Positions 9,800 through 22,293 of a stretch of 64,000 bases of DNA are shown here, piece after piece; the stretch's first letter is position 1, and each line of letters begins with the position of its first letter. The stretch is from contig PXUB01000037.1 of NCBI GenBank assembly GCA_003009755.1, forward strand, positions 850-64,849. The letters run 5' to 3'. The DNA comes from Thermoplasmatales archaeon SW_10_69_26. GTDB lineage: Archaea; Thermoplasmatota; SW-10-69-26. A model generated the notes under the pieces. It worked only from the letters and a program-made list of their open reading frames with translations. It made no database searches and was not told where the DNA came from. Made by a program: the position numbers and the translations under genes.

Positions 9800-10231
9800 C
9801 TAGTGCACCTCGCGCCCGGTGCCCTCGTCGGCCTGGGCCTGGCCGTCCTCGAAGCTGATCTGCGGGATCGGGACCGGCGGCGGCAGCTCGAGGTCGCGAG
9901 CGAGCCCGACGGCGCGGGGCACGCAGGTTTGCATGACGGCGGTGTGGACCTCGCTGGCCACGTCCTGCGGCATCTCGTTGTCGGCCTGCCAGGTCCGCTC
10001 GATGGCGTCGGCTTCCCCTGTGAACCGGGTGGACCCCTCGAGCTTGATCACGCCGAGACCGCCGTAGGAGGCCGTGTACCGGAACCCGATCTCCGTGGCC
10101 TCGTCCCCGATCCGCTGGACGAGCGTGACGGTCGAGTTGTGGTCGATCCGCACCTGGTCGGGGTTGTCCTCCTCGGCTCCGGAGAACCGACGAGCCTCGA
10201 TGGAGGTCACGTGCACCGCCTGGACGGGCAT
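9800..10231 (-). CDS. Conserved archaeal hypothetical protein (SecB-like fold suspected)
   Basis: I.A.R...RID.NS...F.Y..SY...G.I..EG...LPPP.P.P pattern. It abuts the METTL5 gene. Confidence 0.7.
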   Translation of the reverse strand: MPVQAVHVTSIEARRFSGAEEDNPDQVRIDHNSTVTLVQRIGDEATEIGFRYTASYGGLGVIKLEGSTRFTGEADAIERTWQADNEMPQDVASEVHTAVMQTCVPRAVGLARDLELPPPVPIPQISFEDGQAQADEGTGREVH

Positions 10232-10294
10232 CAACCCGTGGACCGTGCGGGGCCAGATAGCCCTTTCGCCCGGGAAGGGATGGGCCGAACGCGA

Positions 10295-10480
10295 GAGGGT
10301 CCAGAGCCCTCAAACACAGGAACACAGGCCCAGAGGGAACACTCAGGACCGGAGGGAACCGCGGGAAGCAACTCCCGGATGAGGCAGACGAGCTTCCGTG
10401 TCCCTGGGTTCCCTTCAACGTTCTGTGGTTCTCCGTGCCGCTGGAGCCTGGGTGAGGGCCCTGGAGTTGCCCCGACCCTC
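10295..10480. repeat. Long imperfect inverted repeat downstream of dnaJ
   Basis: Nested arms: gagggtc/gaccctc (10295/10474), gccctca/tgagggc (10306/10453), agggaacc/ggttccct (10353/10407). Confidence 0.5.
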
Positions 10481-10492
10481 CGCCGCTCTGCG

Positions 10493-11620
<1,128 letters not shown>

Positions 11621-11666
11621 TTGCGTCTCAGTCCAGGTGGGCTTGCTTCAGCGATGGGCGGAGGGG

Positions 11667-13637
<1,971 letters not shown>

Positions 13638-13682
13638 GGTCAAGGGTCCTCCAGGGACTCAACCCGAATTGAAGATACAACT

Positions 13683-13698
13683 TCTATAAAACCTTACC
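13683..13698 (-). promoter_or_regulatory. TATA box of the dnaK-dnaJ operon
   Basis: The minus strand reads GGTAAGGTTTTATAGA about 50 nt upstream of the ATG. A GGAGG Shine-Dalgarno lies at 13648-13652. Confidence 0.6.
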
Positions 13699-13775
13699 GG
13701 TCGTGCGGGTGGGGTCCCGCGGCCTCGATTGGGCGGTCCCTCGCGCAGACCGGACGGCGGCCTACGCGGGGGCGC

Positions 13776-15326
13776 CTATCCCGTGAGCTCGTGCTTTTTG
13801 ACCTTCCCGGTCGTCGTGCGCGGCAGCTCGTCGACGACCTCGACCTCGCGCGGATGCTTGTAGGGGGCCAGGTTGGCCAGCGCGAACTCCTGCACCCCGT
13901 CAGGGTCGAGGTCGGCGTCCGGGGTGGGCACGACGAAGGCCTTCACGAGCTCGCCGTACTCCTCGTCGGGCTTGCCGACGACGGCCGCATCCGCGATCTC
14001 GGGGTGCTCGAAGAGCAGCTCCTCGACCTCTCTGGGGTACACGTTGTAGCCCTTGGAGAGGATCATGTGCTTCTTGCGGTCGACGACGTAGAAGAACCCA
14101 TCCTCGTCGTGGTACCCGAGATCGCCGGTGTGGAACCACCGCGTGCCGCCGGCCTCGGTGAAGGCGTCCTCGTTGGCCTCCCCCAGCCCCAGGTAGCCCT
14201 TCATCACGTTGGGGCCAGCGACGACGAGCTCGCCGGTGATCTCGTCGAGGTCGGCGGCCTCCTCGTCCACCGGGCCCTCCTCGACCGGGGGCACCTCGGT
14301 GAAGGAGCCGTCCACGATCTCGGCCTGGATGCCGGGCAGGGTCTTCCCGATCGATCCCACGCGGCGGCCCCAGTTGGGGCTGTTGAAGTGGGTGACCGGG
14401 CTCGTCTCGGTGAGACCATAGCCCTCGTAGAGCTTGATGTCGAAGGTCTCCTCGAAGGAGGTGGCGACCTCGCGGGGGATGCCGGCGCCGCCGACGCCGG
14501 CGAACCGGACGCTGGAGAGGTCGAAGGTGTCGGCTTCGGGGTGGTTGACGATCTCGTTGAACATCGCGGGCACGCCGTTGAGGAACGTCAGCTCGGCGTC
14601 CTCGATCAGGTCGACGGCCTCGTCGACGTCCCAGGCCGGCAGCGGGTAGAAGGTGCCGCCACCGAACAAGGCGACGTTCATGACGACGTTCATCCCGTAG
14701 ATGTGAAACAGGGGCAACACGCCGAGCACGCGGTCGCTGGGCCGGACGCCGTCCGGCAGGGCCTGGACCATCTGCTTGGCGTTGCCAGCGAGGTTGTCGT
14801 GCGAGAGCTGGACGCCCTTCGGTCGGCCGGTCGTTCCGCTGGTGTAGGGCAGCACGGCGAGCTCGTCCCCGTCGACGTCGGCCATCGCGTTGCCCGGGTC
14901 GCCGAGGAACGCGCGGAACCCGGTCGTGTCGTCGCTCGTCCCGTCGATCGTGACGATCTCCTCGACGTCGGTGGCGGATGCGACCTTGCGCACCACGGGC
15001 GCCAGATCGGTGAGCGTGACGACGACCTCGGCGCCGCTGTCCGCCAGCAGGTGCTCGATCTCGCGAGCCCGGTACTGCGGGTTCATCGGCACGACCTGGC
15101 CGCCGGCCTGCAGGGTGCCGTGGAAGCCGATGACGAACGGCGGCACGTTGGGCAGGTACAACGCGACGCGGGAACCCTCGAAGCCGCGCTCGGTCAGCCC
15201 GCCGGCGAAGGCATCGATCGCTCCCACGAGCTCCTCGTAGGTCCACGTCTCGCCTCGGAACACCATCGCGTCCCGGTCCGGGCTCTCACGCGCCTGCTCG
15301 ACGATGGTCTCGACCAAGTTCCCCAT
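13776..15326 (-). CDS. Long-chain-fatty-acid--CoA ligase (AMP-binding family)
   Basis: YTSGTTGRPKG, EGYGLTE, WFHTGD and LPRTTTGKV motifs. Confidence 0.93.
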   Translation of the reverse strand: MGNLVETIVEQARESPDRDAMVFRGETWTYEELVGAIDAFAGGLTERGFEGSRVALYLPNVPPFVIGFHGTLQAGGQVVPMNPQYRAREIEHLLADSGAEVVVTLTDLAPVVRKVASATDVEEIVTIDGTSDDTTGFRAFLGDPGNAMADVDGDELAVLPYTSGTTGRPKGVQLSHDNLAGNAKQMVQALPDGVRPSDRVLGVLPLFHIYGMNVVMNVALFGGGTFYPLPAWDVDEAVDLIEDAELTFLNGVPAMFNEIVNHPEADTFDLSSVRFAGVGGAGIPREVATSFEETFDIKLYEGYGLTETSPVTHFNSPNWGRRVGSIGKTLPGIQAEIVDGSFTEVPPVEEGPVDEEAADLDEITGELVVAGPNVMKGYLGLGEANEDAFTEAGGTRWFHTGDLGYHDEDGFFYVVDRKKHMILSKGYNVYPREVEELLFEHPEIADAAVVGKPDEEYGELVKAFVVPTPDADLDPDGVQEFALANLAPYKHPREVEVVDELPRTTTGKVKKHELTG

Positions 15327-15450
15327 AGCAACACACCGGCCGTGCAACGCCGGCACGACCCTTAGGCTTGTGCCTGGTTGGCAAGCCTCTGAGGCTCGTG
15401 AGAGGGAAACGTTTTCCCTGCACGGGTCGCTCCCCCCGGAAGGCATCCCC

Positions 15451-15897
15451 ATGGCTTGGCGGAACCGACTGGCTCTCGCGCTGGCGTTGGCCCTGGTGAC
15501 CGTGTCCCTGACCCCGGGCGCGCTGGCTCGCGAGGAGCGGGAGACGTACACGACCGGTGCGGATGTCGTCACCTCCTGCTCGGAGGACCTGATCGGGGGC
15601 CTACTGGCGAACAACTACGGCAGCGTCTGCTTCGACGTGCGATCGACGGAGAGCCAGCTCGACGTCACCATCGACGACTTCACCCTCAACGAGGTCGGCG
15701 GCGCCGTCCAGTTCCTCGACGCCGAGGGCGAACAGATCGGCGACCTCGTCAGCTTCTGCGGCACCGTGAGGGGCGTCGACATCCCGGAGGAAGCCGACGG
15801 GATCGAGGTCTACGTGAACGGACCGCTCCTGCAGACCCTCGAGTGCACGACGATCACGTCGGGCACGACGGGCGAGGTCCTCGCCACGTTCTCCTGA
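15451..15897 (+). CDS. Small secreted Cys-containing hypothetical protein
   Basis: Signal peptide MAWRNRLALALALALVTVSLTPGALA, four Cys, and an acidic beta-rich mature region. Confidence 0.7.
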   Translation: MAWRNRLALALALALVTVSLTPGALAREERETYTTGADVVTSCSEDLIGGLLANNYGSVCFDVRSTESQLDVTIDDFTLNEVGGAVQFLDAEGEQIGDLVSFCGTVRGVDIPEEADGIEVYVNGPLLQTLECTTITSGTTGEVLATFS

Positions 15898-15907
15898 GCT
15901 CGGCGGC

Positions 15908-16420
15908 TCACTCGTCGTCGGGGTCGCCGATCGCGAACAGGACGTGGTCGCCCTCGACGGCGTCGCCCTCCGCGACGTCGACCATCAAGACGGTCCCGTC
16001 GCGGGGCGCCTCGATGTCGGACTGCATCTTCATCGCCTCCAGCGTGGCGAGCACGTCGCCGGTCTCGACCTCCTCGCCCTCACCGACGTTCACCGACAGG
16101 ATCTTGCCCGGCATCGGCGGCTCGACGCGGCCGCCGGCCTCGACACCGAGCGTCTCCTCGCCGGGGCCGCCCGAGGGATCGAAGTCCGTGATGGCGAACT
16201 CGACGCGGTGCCCGTCCACGCGAGCCCGCCCGTGCTCCTCGATCGTGACTTCGTGGTTCGAGCCTGGCAGGTCGACGCGCAACGAACCGTCGTCGACGGT
16301 GACCTCGGCGTCCAGCTCCTCGCCGTCGACGACGAGCTCGACGAAGCGCTCGACGCGTTCGGCCAGGATCTCGTGCTCGCGGGCCCGATCGTCGCCGCCG
16401 ACCCGCAGGTCGAACCTCAT
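15908..16420 (-). CDS. Biotin carboxyl carrier protein
   Basis: PMPGKI...EAMKM biotinylation motif, with an ATGA overlap to the biotin carboxylase gene. Confidence 0.92.
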   Translation of the reverse strand: MRFDLRVGGDDRAREHEILAERVERFVELVVDGEELDAEVTVDDGSLRVDLPGSNHEVTIEEHGRARVDGHRVEFAITDFDPSGGPGEETLGVEAGGRVEPPMPGKILSVNVGEGEEVETGDVLATLEAMKMQSDIEAPRDGTVLMVDVAEGDAVEGDHVLFAIGDPDDE

Positions 16421-17916
16421 CGCGATCCCTCCTCGTTCCCGTCGAGGCGACGGGGGCGGGACTGCCGGTGGTAGGTGACGCCGATGCCGCCTTTGGGACC
16501 CATGGCGAGCGCGGCGGCCAGCGCGGCGGCCCGACGCCGGGAGCGCTCCTCGACGCGGGCTCCCTCCTCGGCGAGAGCGTCCACGATGCCTCGTTCATCG
16601 AGGTACTTCGTCGACAACTCGCCCTCCTGGAAGGCCGAGTCCTCGAGGATGCGCCGGTGCAGGGGCAGGTTCGTCGTGGCGCCGATCTGCGTCGTGTTGA
16701 CGGCCTCCCGCAACCGCTCGATCGCCTGCTTGCGCGTGGAGCCCCATCCGACGAGCTTGGCCAGCAACGAGTCGTACTCGGCGGGCACCTCGTAGCCGGT
16801 CTGCAGGCCGTGGTCGACGCGGATGTGAGGCCCCTGGGCCGGCTCGAAGTGGTCGATCGTGCCGAACCGGGGCGTGAACTCGTCGTAGGGGTCCTCCGCG
16901 TTGACGCGCAGCTCGATGGCGTGGCCCTCGAAGGTCACCTCGTCCTGCGTGAACGAGGGCTGTCGACCCTGGGCGACGCGCAGCTGCTCGCGGACGAGGT
17001 CGATGCCGGTCACGAGCTCGGTGACGGGGTGCTCGACCTGCAGGCGGGCGTTGACCTCGTTGAAGTAGAAATTGCCGTCCTCGTAGAGGAACTCCAGCGT
17101 GCCGGCGTTCACGTAGTCGGCGGCCTCGGCCAGGCGGCGAGCCATCGCGCCCAGCTCCTCGCGCGTGTCGGCGTCGAGCGCCGGGCTGGGGGCTTCCTCG
17201 ACGAGCTTCTGGTGGCGGCGCTGGATCGAGCACTCGCGCTCGCCGAGGTGCAGGATCTCGCCGTCGGGGCCGCCCAGGATCTGCACCTCGATGTGGCGGG
17301 GACGCTCGACGAACTTCTCGAGGAACAGCGCGCCGTCGCCGAAGGCGGCCTCGGCCTGCGAGCTCGCCTCGGTGAAGGCCTCCGCGAGCTGGTCGCCGTC
17401 GCCAGCCACGCGCATGCCCATCCCGCCGCCGCCGGCGCGAGCCTTGAGCATGACGGGGTAGCCGACGTCGTCGGCGATCTTGCGAGCGCGGGAGACGTCC
17501 TCGACGACCCCCTCGCTGCCGGGGCTGACGGGCACGCCCGTTTCGATCGCCAGCTCGCGGGCCTCGACCTTGTCGGCCATCGTCGCCATCGTGTCCGGTG
17601 TCGGGCCGACCCAGGTGAGGCCCTCGTCGATGACGCGCTGGGCGAAGACGTGGTTCTCGGCCAGGAACCCGTAGCCGGGGTGGATGGCGTCGGCGCCGGT
17701 GCGCTCGGCTGCCTCGATGACCGCGTCCTGGTCGAGGTAGGACGCGGCCGAGCGGGGCGGCCCGATGCGGACGGCCGCGTCGGCCTCGTCCACGAACACC
17801 GCGTCCTCGTCGGCGTCGGAGTACACCGCGACCGTGTCCAGCCCCATCGATTCGCAGGCGCGGAACACGCGCCGGGCCACCTCGCCCCGGTTCGCGACCA
17901 GGACCGTCTCCATCAT
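16417..17916 (-). CDS. accC: Biotin carboxylase subunit of an acyl-CoA carboxylase
   Basis: VLVANRGE, HPGYGFLAEN, GGGGMGMR, RECSIQRRHQK and EVNARLQVEHPVTE. The true start is MMETVL at 17916/17913. Confidence 0.93.
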   Translation of the reverse strand: MMETVLVANRGEVARRVFRACESMGLDTVAVYSDADEDAVFVDEADAAVRIGPPRSAASYLDQDAVIEAAERTGADAIHPGYGFLAENHVFAQRVIDEGLTWVGPTPDTMATMADKVEARELAIETGVPVSPGSEGVVEDVSRARKIADDVGYPVMLKARAGGGGMGMRVAGDGDQLAEAFTEASSQAEAAFGDGALFLEKFVERPRHIEVQILGGPDGEILHLGERECSIQRRHQKLVEEAPSPALDADTREELGAMARRLAEAADYVNAGTLEFLYEDGNFYFNEVNARLQVEHPVTELVTGIDLVREQLRVAQGRQPSFTQDEVTFEGHAIELRVNAEDPYDEFTPRFGTIDHFEPAQGPHIRVDHGLQTGYEVPAEYDSLLAKLVGWGSTRKQAIERLREAVNTTQIGATTNLPLHRRILEDSAFQEGELSTKYLDERGIVDALAEEGARVEERSRRRAAALAAALAMGPKGGIGVTYHRQSRPRRLDGNEEGSR

Positions 17917-17965
17917 ATCGCAGGGCCAGCGTCGTGGAAGAGAAAAGGGTTCGGGGCCCGCTCTC

Positions 17966-18150
17966 GGCCGCTGTCGAGGCAAGCAGGCGGAGGGATCCCG
18001 ATCGAACAGCCGGGCGAACGCCTCCACCCACGCCTCGACCTCTTCTCTCAAGGCGTTCCTCGGCGAGCGTCTGCGGAACGGGCCGATCCGTGCTTTGAGC
18101 AGGCCAACCCAGGTCTCCACCCTGTTCCGAACGCCGCCCGACGTGACTTG
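17966..18150. repeat. Direct repeat copy 1 (185 bp, IS6 end); copy 2 at 31163-31347
   Basis: ggccgctgtc...acgccgcccgacgtgacttg is shared with scattered substitutions. Confidence 0.9.
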
Positions 18151-18345
18151 CCAGTCCAGCTCGAGCAGGTCCAACGGCCAGGGATACCACACGCCGCGGT
18201 CGACGTGGATCGCCGGCCGGTTGTCGCACCGGGCTGGCACGTGCTTGAGGAAGCCCAGGGCGTCCACGCTGCTCCGGCCTTGGCTGACCGCGACGTGGAC
18301 AAGTTGTTGCGTGTCGGGGCCGACGGCGGCCCACAGGAACAGCTC
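17966..18345 (-). mobile_element. IS6-family transposase remnant (C-terminal part plus right end)
   Basis: FLWAAV.PDT...VSQGRS...FLK...VDRGVWYPW...GGVRNRVETW.G.LK.RI..F matches the archaeal IS6 DDE pattern. The N-terminus is missing. Confidence 0.8.
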
Positions 18346-18443
18346 GGTCAGGTGGTCGCCGGCGTCCTTGTCGCCGTCCTCGGGCCACGCACCCGCTTGT
18401 TGCAACGACGCACCACCCAGGGGGAGGACGGCGGGCCGCTGGC

Positions 18444-20621
18444 CTACGGGGACAAGCCCTCCCCCGGGCCACCGGAGTCGTCGTCAGCGACGGTCGAGGT
18501 GCCGCCGGGCTTGGCCTGCAGCCAGGGGTCGAACCGGACGTTGCTCACGCCCTCGTCGCTGTCGTCCTCGGTGACCGCGTCGCCGCTGCCGTCGGCCAAC
18601 GCCGCGGTGACCGGGTCCTCGAGCGGGTTCGAGGCGTCCAGGCTGGAGGGACCGTCGCTGGCGCCCCAGTAGTTGTCGCGGGCGTCCAGGGTCCCGAACA
18701 CGACCCGGCGGGCGTCGATGCCGTACCCGCCGTTGCCGGCGATCACGTTGTCGTGGACCTCGACCTCGTCGACCTCGGCGTCCTCGGTGAACAGCAGGCC
18801 GTGGTCGAGGTTGTCGCGCATCGTGTTGTTCGCGATCTCGATCGAATCGGAGCTCTCCCCGGTGGTCGCGTCGACGGCGGTACCGTTCCCGTTGCCGGTG
18901 AGGCGGTTGTCCTCGACGACCAGCCCGGGCGTGTCGCCATCGGCGACGAGGCCGAACCGGTTGCCGGTGACCGTGTTGTCCGCCACCCGGTCCCCCGAGC
19001 TTCCCAACGAGTTGAGGGCCCCGTGGGTGCCGGTGACGGTGTTGGCCTCGATCGTCGACCCCTCCGCGACCACGGAGACGATCCCGTCCCGGCCGTCGAC
19101 CACCGTATTGTCCCGGATGGCCACGTTGGCGGAGCGGAAGACGACGATGCCGTCGTGGTTGCCGCCGTCGTATCGCTCGGGGTGCGTCGTCACGTCGTTG
19201 CCCTCGACGGTGCCCTCGACGCTACTTACCCGGTCGCCGTCCAACCGGATGCCCTCGTCCCCGTGGTCCACCCGACTCTGGGTGACGGACACGGTGTCGA
19301 CCCAAGAGGTGAACACGCCCAGCCGATCGGCATCGATGGTGGTGTCGGTCACCGAGACGCGGTCGTTGGACGACCCGGACGGCCCGAACGCGATCACGCC
19401 GTGGGTGACCTCCACGAGACGCGCGTCCGTGACCTCCATCGATTGTCTCGTCGACGGGGTGGCGAAGATCCCTCTTCTGCCATCCGTGACGGTCACATCG
19501 CTCACCCTGACCTGCCCGACCTCGTCGATCTGGAGCCCGTCGCGCACGGTCTCGATCGTCACGTTCTCCACGCTGAGCGCCGTCCCGCCCTGGGCGTACA
19601 CGCCTTGGCCGTTGTGGGACAGGTCGAGGTTCTGCACGGTGACGCCGATGCTGTTCACCAGGCCGACGTACCCGGGCGAGGGGTCCATCTGGTTCCCGTC
19701 GAGGGTGATCCCGCTGGCGCCGACGAGGTAGTGGATGGGTCGGCCGTCGACGGTGTTCGAGGTGTCCACGTGGTGGATGCCTCTCGCCCAGAAGTTGTAG
19801 GTGTTCCCGGCCAGCGCGTTGTCCCGCATGGTGACCCGGTCGTCGAAGCGGAGGTCGACGCCGACGCGGTTGTCGAGGACCGTGTTGGCCTCGAGGAGGT
19901 CGGTTCCCGGGAACGGGTCCTCGGCGATGCCGAAGAAGCCGACGTCGTTGTCGGCGAGAGTGTTGTCCACGATGCGGGCCTCGACGCCGCCGGGGTGGCT
20001 GTGGGCGAGGATGCCCGCGTCCTGGTGGCCTTGGATCTCAAGGCCCTGGATCGCGACCGCGCGGGCCTCGAGGGTGAACCCGTTGTCCCCGTTCAGGTCC
20101 TCGACGCCGTCGCCCCGGACGACGACGGGGGCCTCACCCACGCTGGGCACCAGGAGGGGGAGGTCGAGGCTGTGGGCGCTGGCGATCGTCACGCCCGGCG
20201 TGGTGACGGTGACGGTCTCGGTGTAGGTGCCCGGGCAGACGGCGATCGTGGTCCCGGGGTCGGCAAGCGTCTCGGCGACCTGGATCCCGGTCCAGTCGGC
20301 GGTGGGGCACTCCTCGCGGTCGTCGTCGACGAGCACGGGCTCGTCCACGAGGGGGACCGGCGAGCTTTCGGGGTTCGTGGACGTCGTCTCGGCGCCGTCG
20401 GGCTCGAGCACGTCGGCCGGCGGCCCCCCAGCGACCGCAGGGCGAACCGAGACGATATCCTCGTACCCGTCCGTGGGGAGGTCCAGGCCCGGCGGGGCCG
20501 AGTCCGCCTCGGAGCCGGGGGCCGACCCGGCCGCGGCGGGGACGGTCACCAAGACGAGTGCTGCGGCGACCGCGAGCAGCATCCCTCCCGCAACGCGCGC
20601 CGCGACTGGGTTACGGGGCAT
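18444..20621 (-). CDS. Secreted right-handed parallel beta-helix (NosD/CASH-like) protein
   Basis: Signal peptide, I.V.PGTY.E.V.V, many N(T/V)xxxNxxG repeats, DTSNTVDGRPIHYL and C-terminal NYWGASDGPS. Confidence 0.85.
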   Translation of the reverse strand: MPRNPVAARVAGGMLLAVAAALVLVTVPAAAGSAPGSEADSAPPGLDLPTDGYEDIVSVRPAVAGGPPADVLEPDGAETTSTNPESSPVPLVDEPVLVDDDREECPTADWTGIQVAETLADPGTTIAVCPGTYTETVTVTTPGVTIASAHSLDLPLLVPSVGEAPVVVRGDGVEDLNGDNGFTLEARAVAIQGLEIQGHQDAGILAHSHPGGVEARIVDNTLADNDVGFFGIAEDPFPGTDLLEANTVLDNRVGVDLRFDDRVTMRDNALAGNTYNFWARGIHHVDTSNTVDGRPIHYLVGASGITLDGNQMDPSPGYVGLVNSIGVTVQNLDLSHNGQGVYAQGGTALSVENVTIETVRDGLQIDEVGQVRVSDVTVTDGRRGIFATPSTRQSMEVTDARLVEVTHGVIAFGPSGSSNDRVSVTDTTIDADRLGVFTSWVDTVSVTQSRVDHGDEGIRLDGDRVSSVEGTVEGNDVTTHPERYDGGNHDGIVVFRSANVAIRDNTVVDGRDGIVSVVAEGSTIEANTVTGTHGALNSLGSSGDRVADNTVTGNRFGLVADGDTPGLVVEDNRLTGNGNGTAVDATTGESSDSIEIANNTMRDNLDHGLLFTEDAEVDEVEVHDNVIAGNGGYGIDARRVVFGTLDARDNYWGASDGPSSLDASNPLEDPVTAALADGSGDAVTEDDSDEGVSNVRFDPWLQAKPGGTSTVADDDSGGPGEGLSP

Positions 20622-22293
20622 GGACGGTCACCTCGATTTGGCCCCGGTCCACGGCGCCGATCTCGTCCTCGACCGTGAGCGTCACGTTGTAGCTGCCGGC
20701 CTGCTCGAAGGCGTGGACGGGGGCGCCCGCGGTGCTGGTGGCCCTGTCGTCGAAGTCCCAGGCGATGGCGGTGATCGGTTCGGGGCTCGAGGAGGCGTCC
20801 ACGAACTCGACGGGCTCGCCGACGGTCACGTTCGTGGCGTTGGCGGTGGGCGCAGCGACGAGGGCGTGGGGGCGCGGCGCGAACTGGACGCCGACCTCCG
20901 AGAGGGGCGTGGGGGTGGTGCGGTAGGTGACGCCGCTGGTGGTGTTCGACGACTGGGTTCCGATCGTGAACGTGGGGAGGTCGTAGGCCATCCAGGCGTC
21001 GGCCTCCTCGATCATGCACCTTGCCTTCCCGTCCTCGGTCAGGTGGAGCTGGACGGTGATGGAGCCCCCGTCTCCGGTCGGTACCTGTTGCCACTCGACG
21101 ACGAAGGCCCGGTTGGGCTCCTCGCCGACCGTCGCATAGCGCACGTCCGCCGGATCCGGCATCGATTCCCTGGGAGCGTAGGTTTGCGCGCAGTTCACCT
21201 CGTGGTCGGGCCCCCCGTCGTTTTCGCGGATGAAGGCACCGCTGAGCATCTCCTGGTCCGTGCAGTTCCCGATGCACGTGAGCCCGAAGTCCAGCACCCG
21301 CACTTCGGAGTGGTCGTCCCCGTACCAGGTGAAGTTGAACGGGAGCTGGAGGGGGCCTGACGCGTCCGTGCTATAGACGAAGAAGTCCGTGGAGAGGTCC
21401 TCGAACGTGAGCGAGGTCCCGTCGCTGGTGTCGGCCCAGTCGAAGGGGATCTCGGTGCACGTGTACCCGCCCACGTCGGGCCCGGTGTCCTGGCATCGGG
21501 GGGCGCGCGCCGTGGCGTCGGCCGGTTCGCCCTCGCCGGCGTCGTTGACGGCGGTGACGTGGTACTCTCTCTGTTCAAGGTAGTCGAGGCCTCGTTCCAT
21601 GTGGTGGCGCTGATCCTCGTCGAACGCGGTGACGAGGGTCTGGGTCCCGTCCGGGTTCACTTCGTAGAGGCGGTACGCGGTGACGGGGCCGGTGCCGGGG
21701 TCGGTGGGGGCGCCCCACTGGATCGTGACCTCTCGCGGCTGACCCGGCGGGGGCTCATCGGCCGGTGAATCGAACCGGTTGGCTCCCACCTTATCTTCGG
21801 AATCGGTGACCTCCGTGAGGTTCCACACCGGGCCCGGAGCCGTGGATGCATCGGTACTGGGGACGTGGGGGAGGTCGATCTGGAAGCCGCCGGCTCCCTT
21901 CGGGATCCGGGAGGTGTCCGTTCCCCGGCTGCCGTCGTAGTCCGCGTACGTGTCGGTTCCGCCTTGGTCGAGCAGCAGGCCCGCCCCGGGTTTCTCGGTG
22001 CTGGCGACCGGGTGGGGACCGATGAACTCGCAACCGGCCACCGGGTACAGGCACACCCGGTCGAAGACGAGGGTCGTCTTCCGGGGTGACCAGCTGGCTC
22101 CGTTGGCGCCCTGCGTGGTGGCCTGGTAGGTGTCGTCGCCGGCGTCGTCGCGCAGGAACCCGGTGCCCGACTGGGCCGCGCCGCCGTTGGTGGCGACGTT
22201 CTTGGCCTCGTAGGTATCGTCGCCGGCCCGGTCGTAGAGGAACCCGTTGCCTCCCCTGTAGCCGCCGCCGTTGCCCGCCTTGTCGGCGGTGTA
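20611..22293 (-). CDS. C-terminal part of the frameshifted repeat-protease gene: last Gly/Asp repeats, FN3, a beta-rich domain and PKD
   Basis: The frame is open upstream of GTG 22056 to about 22293 (YTADKAGNGG...GFLYDRAGDDTY). It contains FN3 (WGAPTDPG..PVTAYRLY...Y.VTAVN.AGEG) and PKD (WDFDD...P.HAF...GSYNVTLTVED). Confidence 0.75.
   Translation of the reverse strand, partial: YTADKAGNGGGYRGGNGFLYDRAGDDTYEAKNVATNGGAAQSGTGFLRDDAGDDTYQATTQGANGASWSPRKTTLVFDRVCLYPVAGCEFIGPHPVASTEKPGAGLLLDQGGTDTYADYDGSRGTDTSRIPKGAGGFQIDLPHVPSTDASTAPGPVWNLTEVTDSEDKVGANRFDSPADEPPPGQPREVTIQWGAPTDPGTGPVTAYRLYEVNPDGTQTLVTAFDEDQRHHMERGLDYLEQREYHVTAVNDAGEGEPADATARAPRCQDTGPDVGGYTCTEIPFDWADTSDGTSLTFEDLSTDFFVYSTDASGPLQLPFNFTWYGDDHSEVRVLDFGLTCIGNCTDQEMLSGAFIRENDGGPDHEVNCAQTYAPRESMPDPADVRYATVGEEPNRAFVVEWQQVPTGDGGSITVQLHLTEDGKARCMIEEADAWMAYDLPTFTIGTQSSNTTSGVTYRTTPTPLSEVGVQFAPRPHALVAAPTANATNVTVGEPVEFVDASSSPEPITAIAWDFDDRATSTAGAPVHAFEQAGSYNVTLTVEDEIGAVDRGQIEVTVHAP

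Noticed and set aside
10341..10375. SRP RNA helix-8-like tcaggaccggagggaaccgc
   Set aside because: It lacks the conserved AGCA internal-loop strand and the rest of the ~300-nt SRP fold.
16417..18405. A genuine 662-aa transposase-biotin carboxylase fusion protein
   Set aside because: It results from one TGA-to-CGA change in a truncated IS, and accC has its own normal start.
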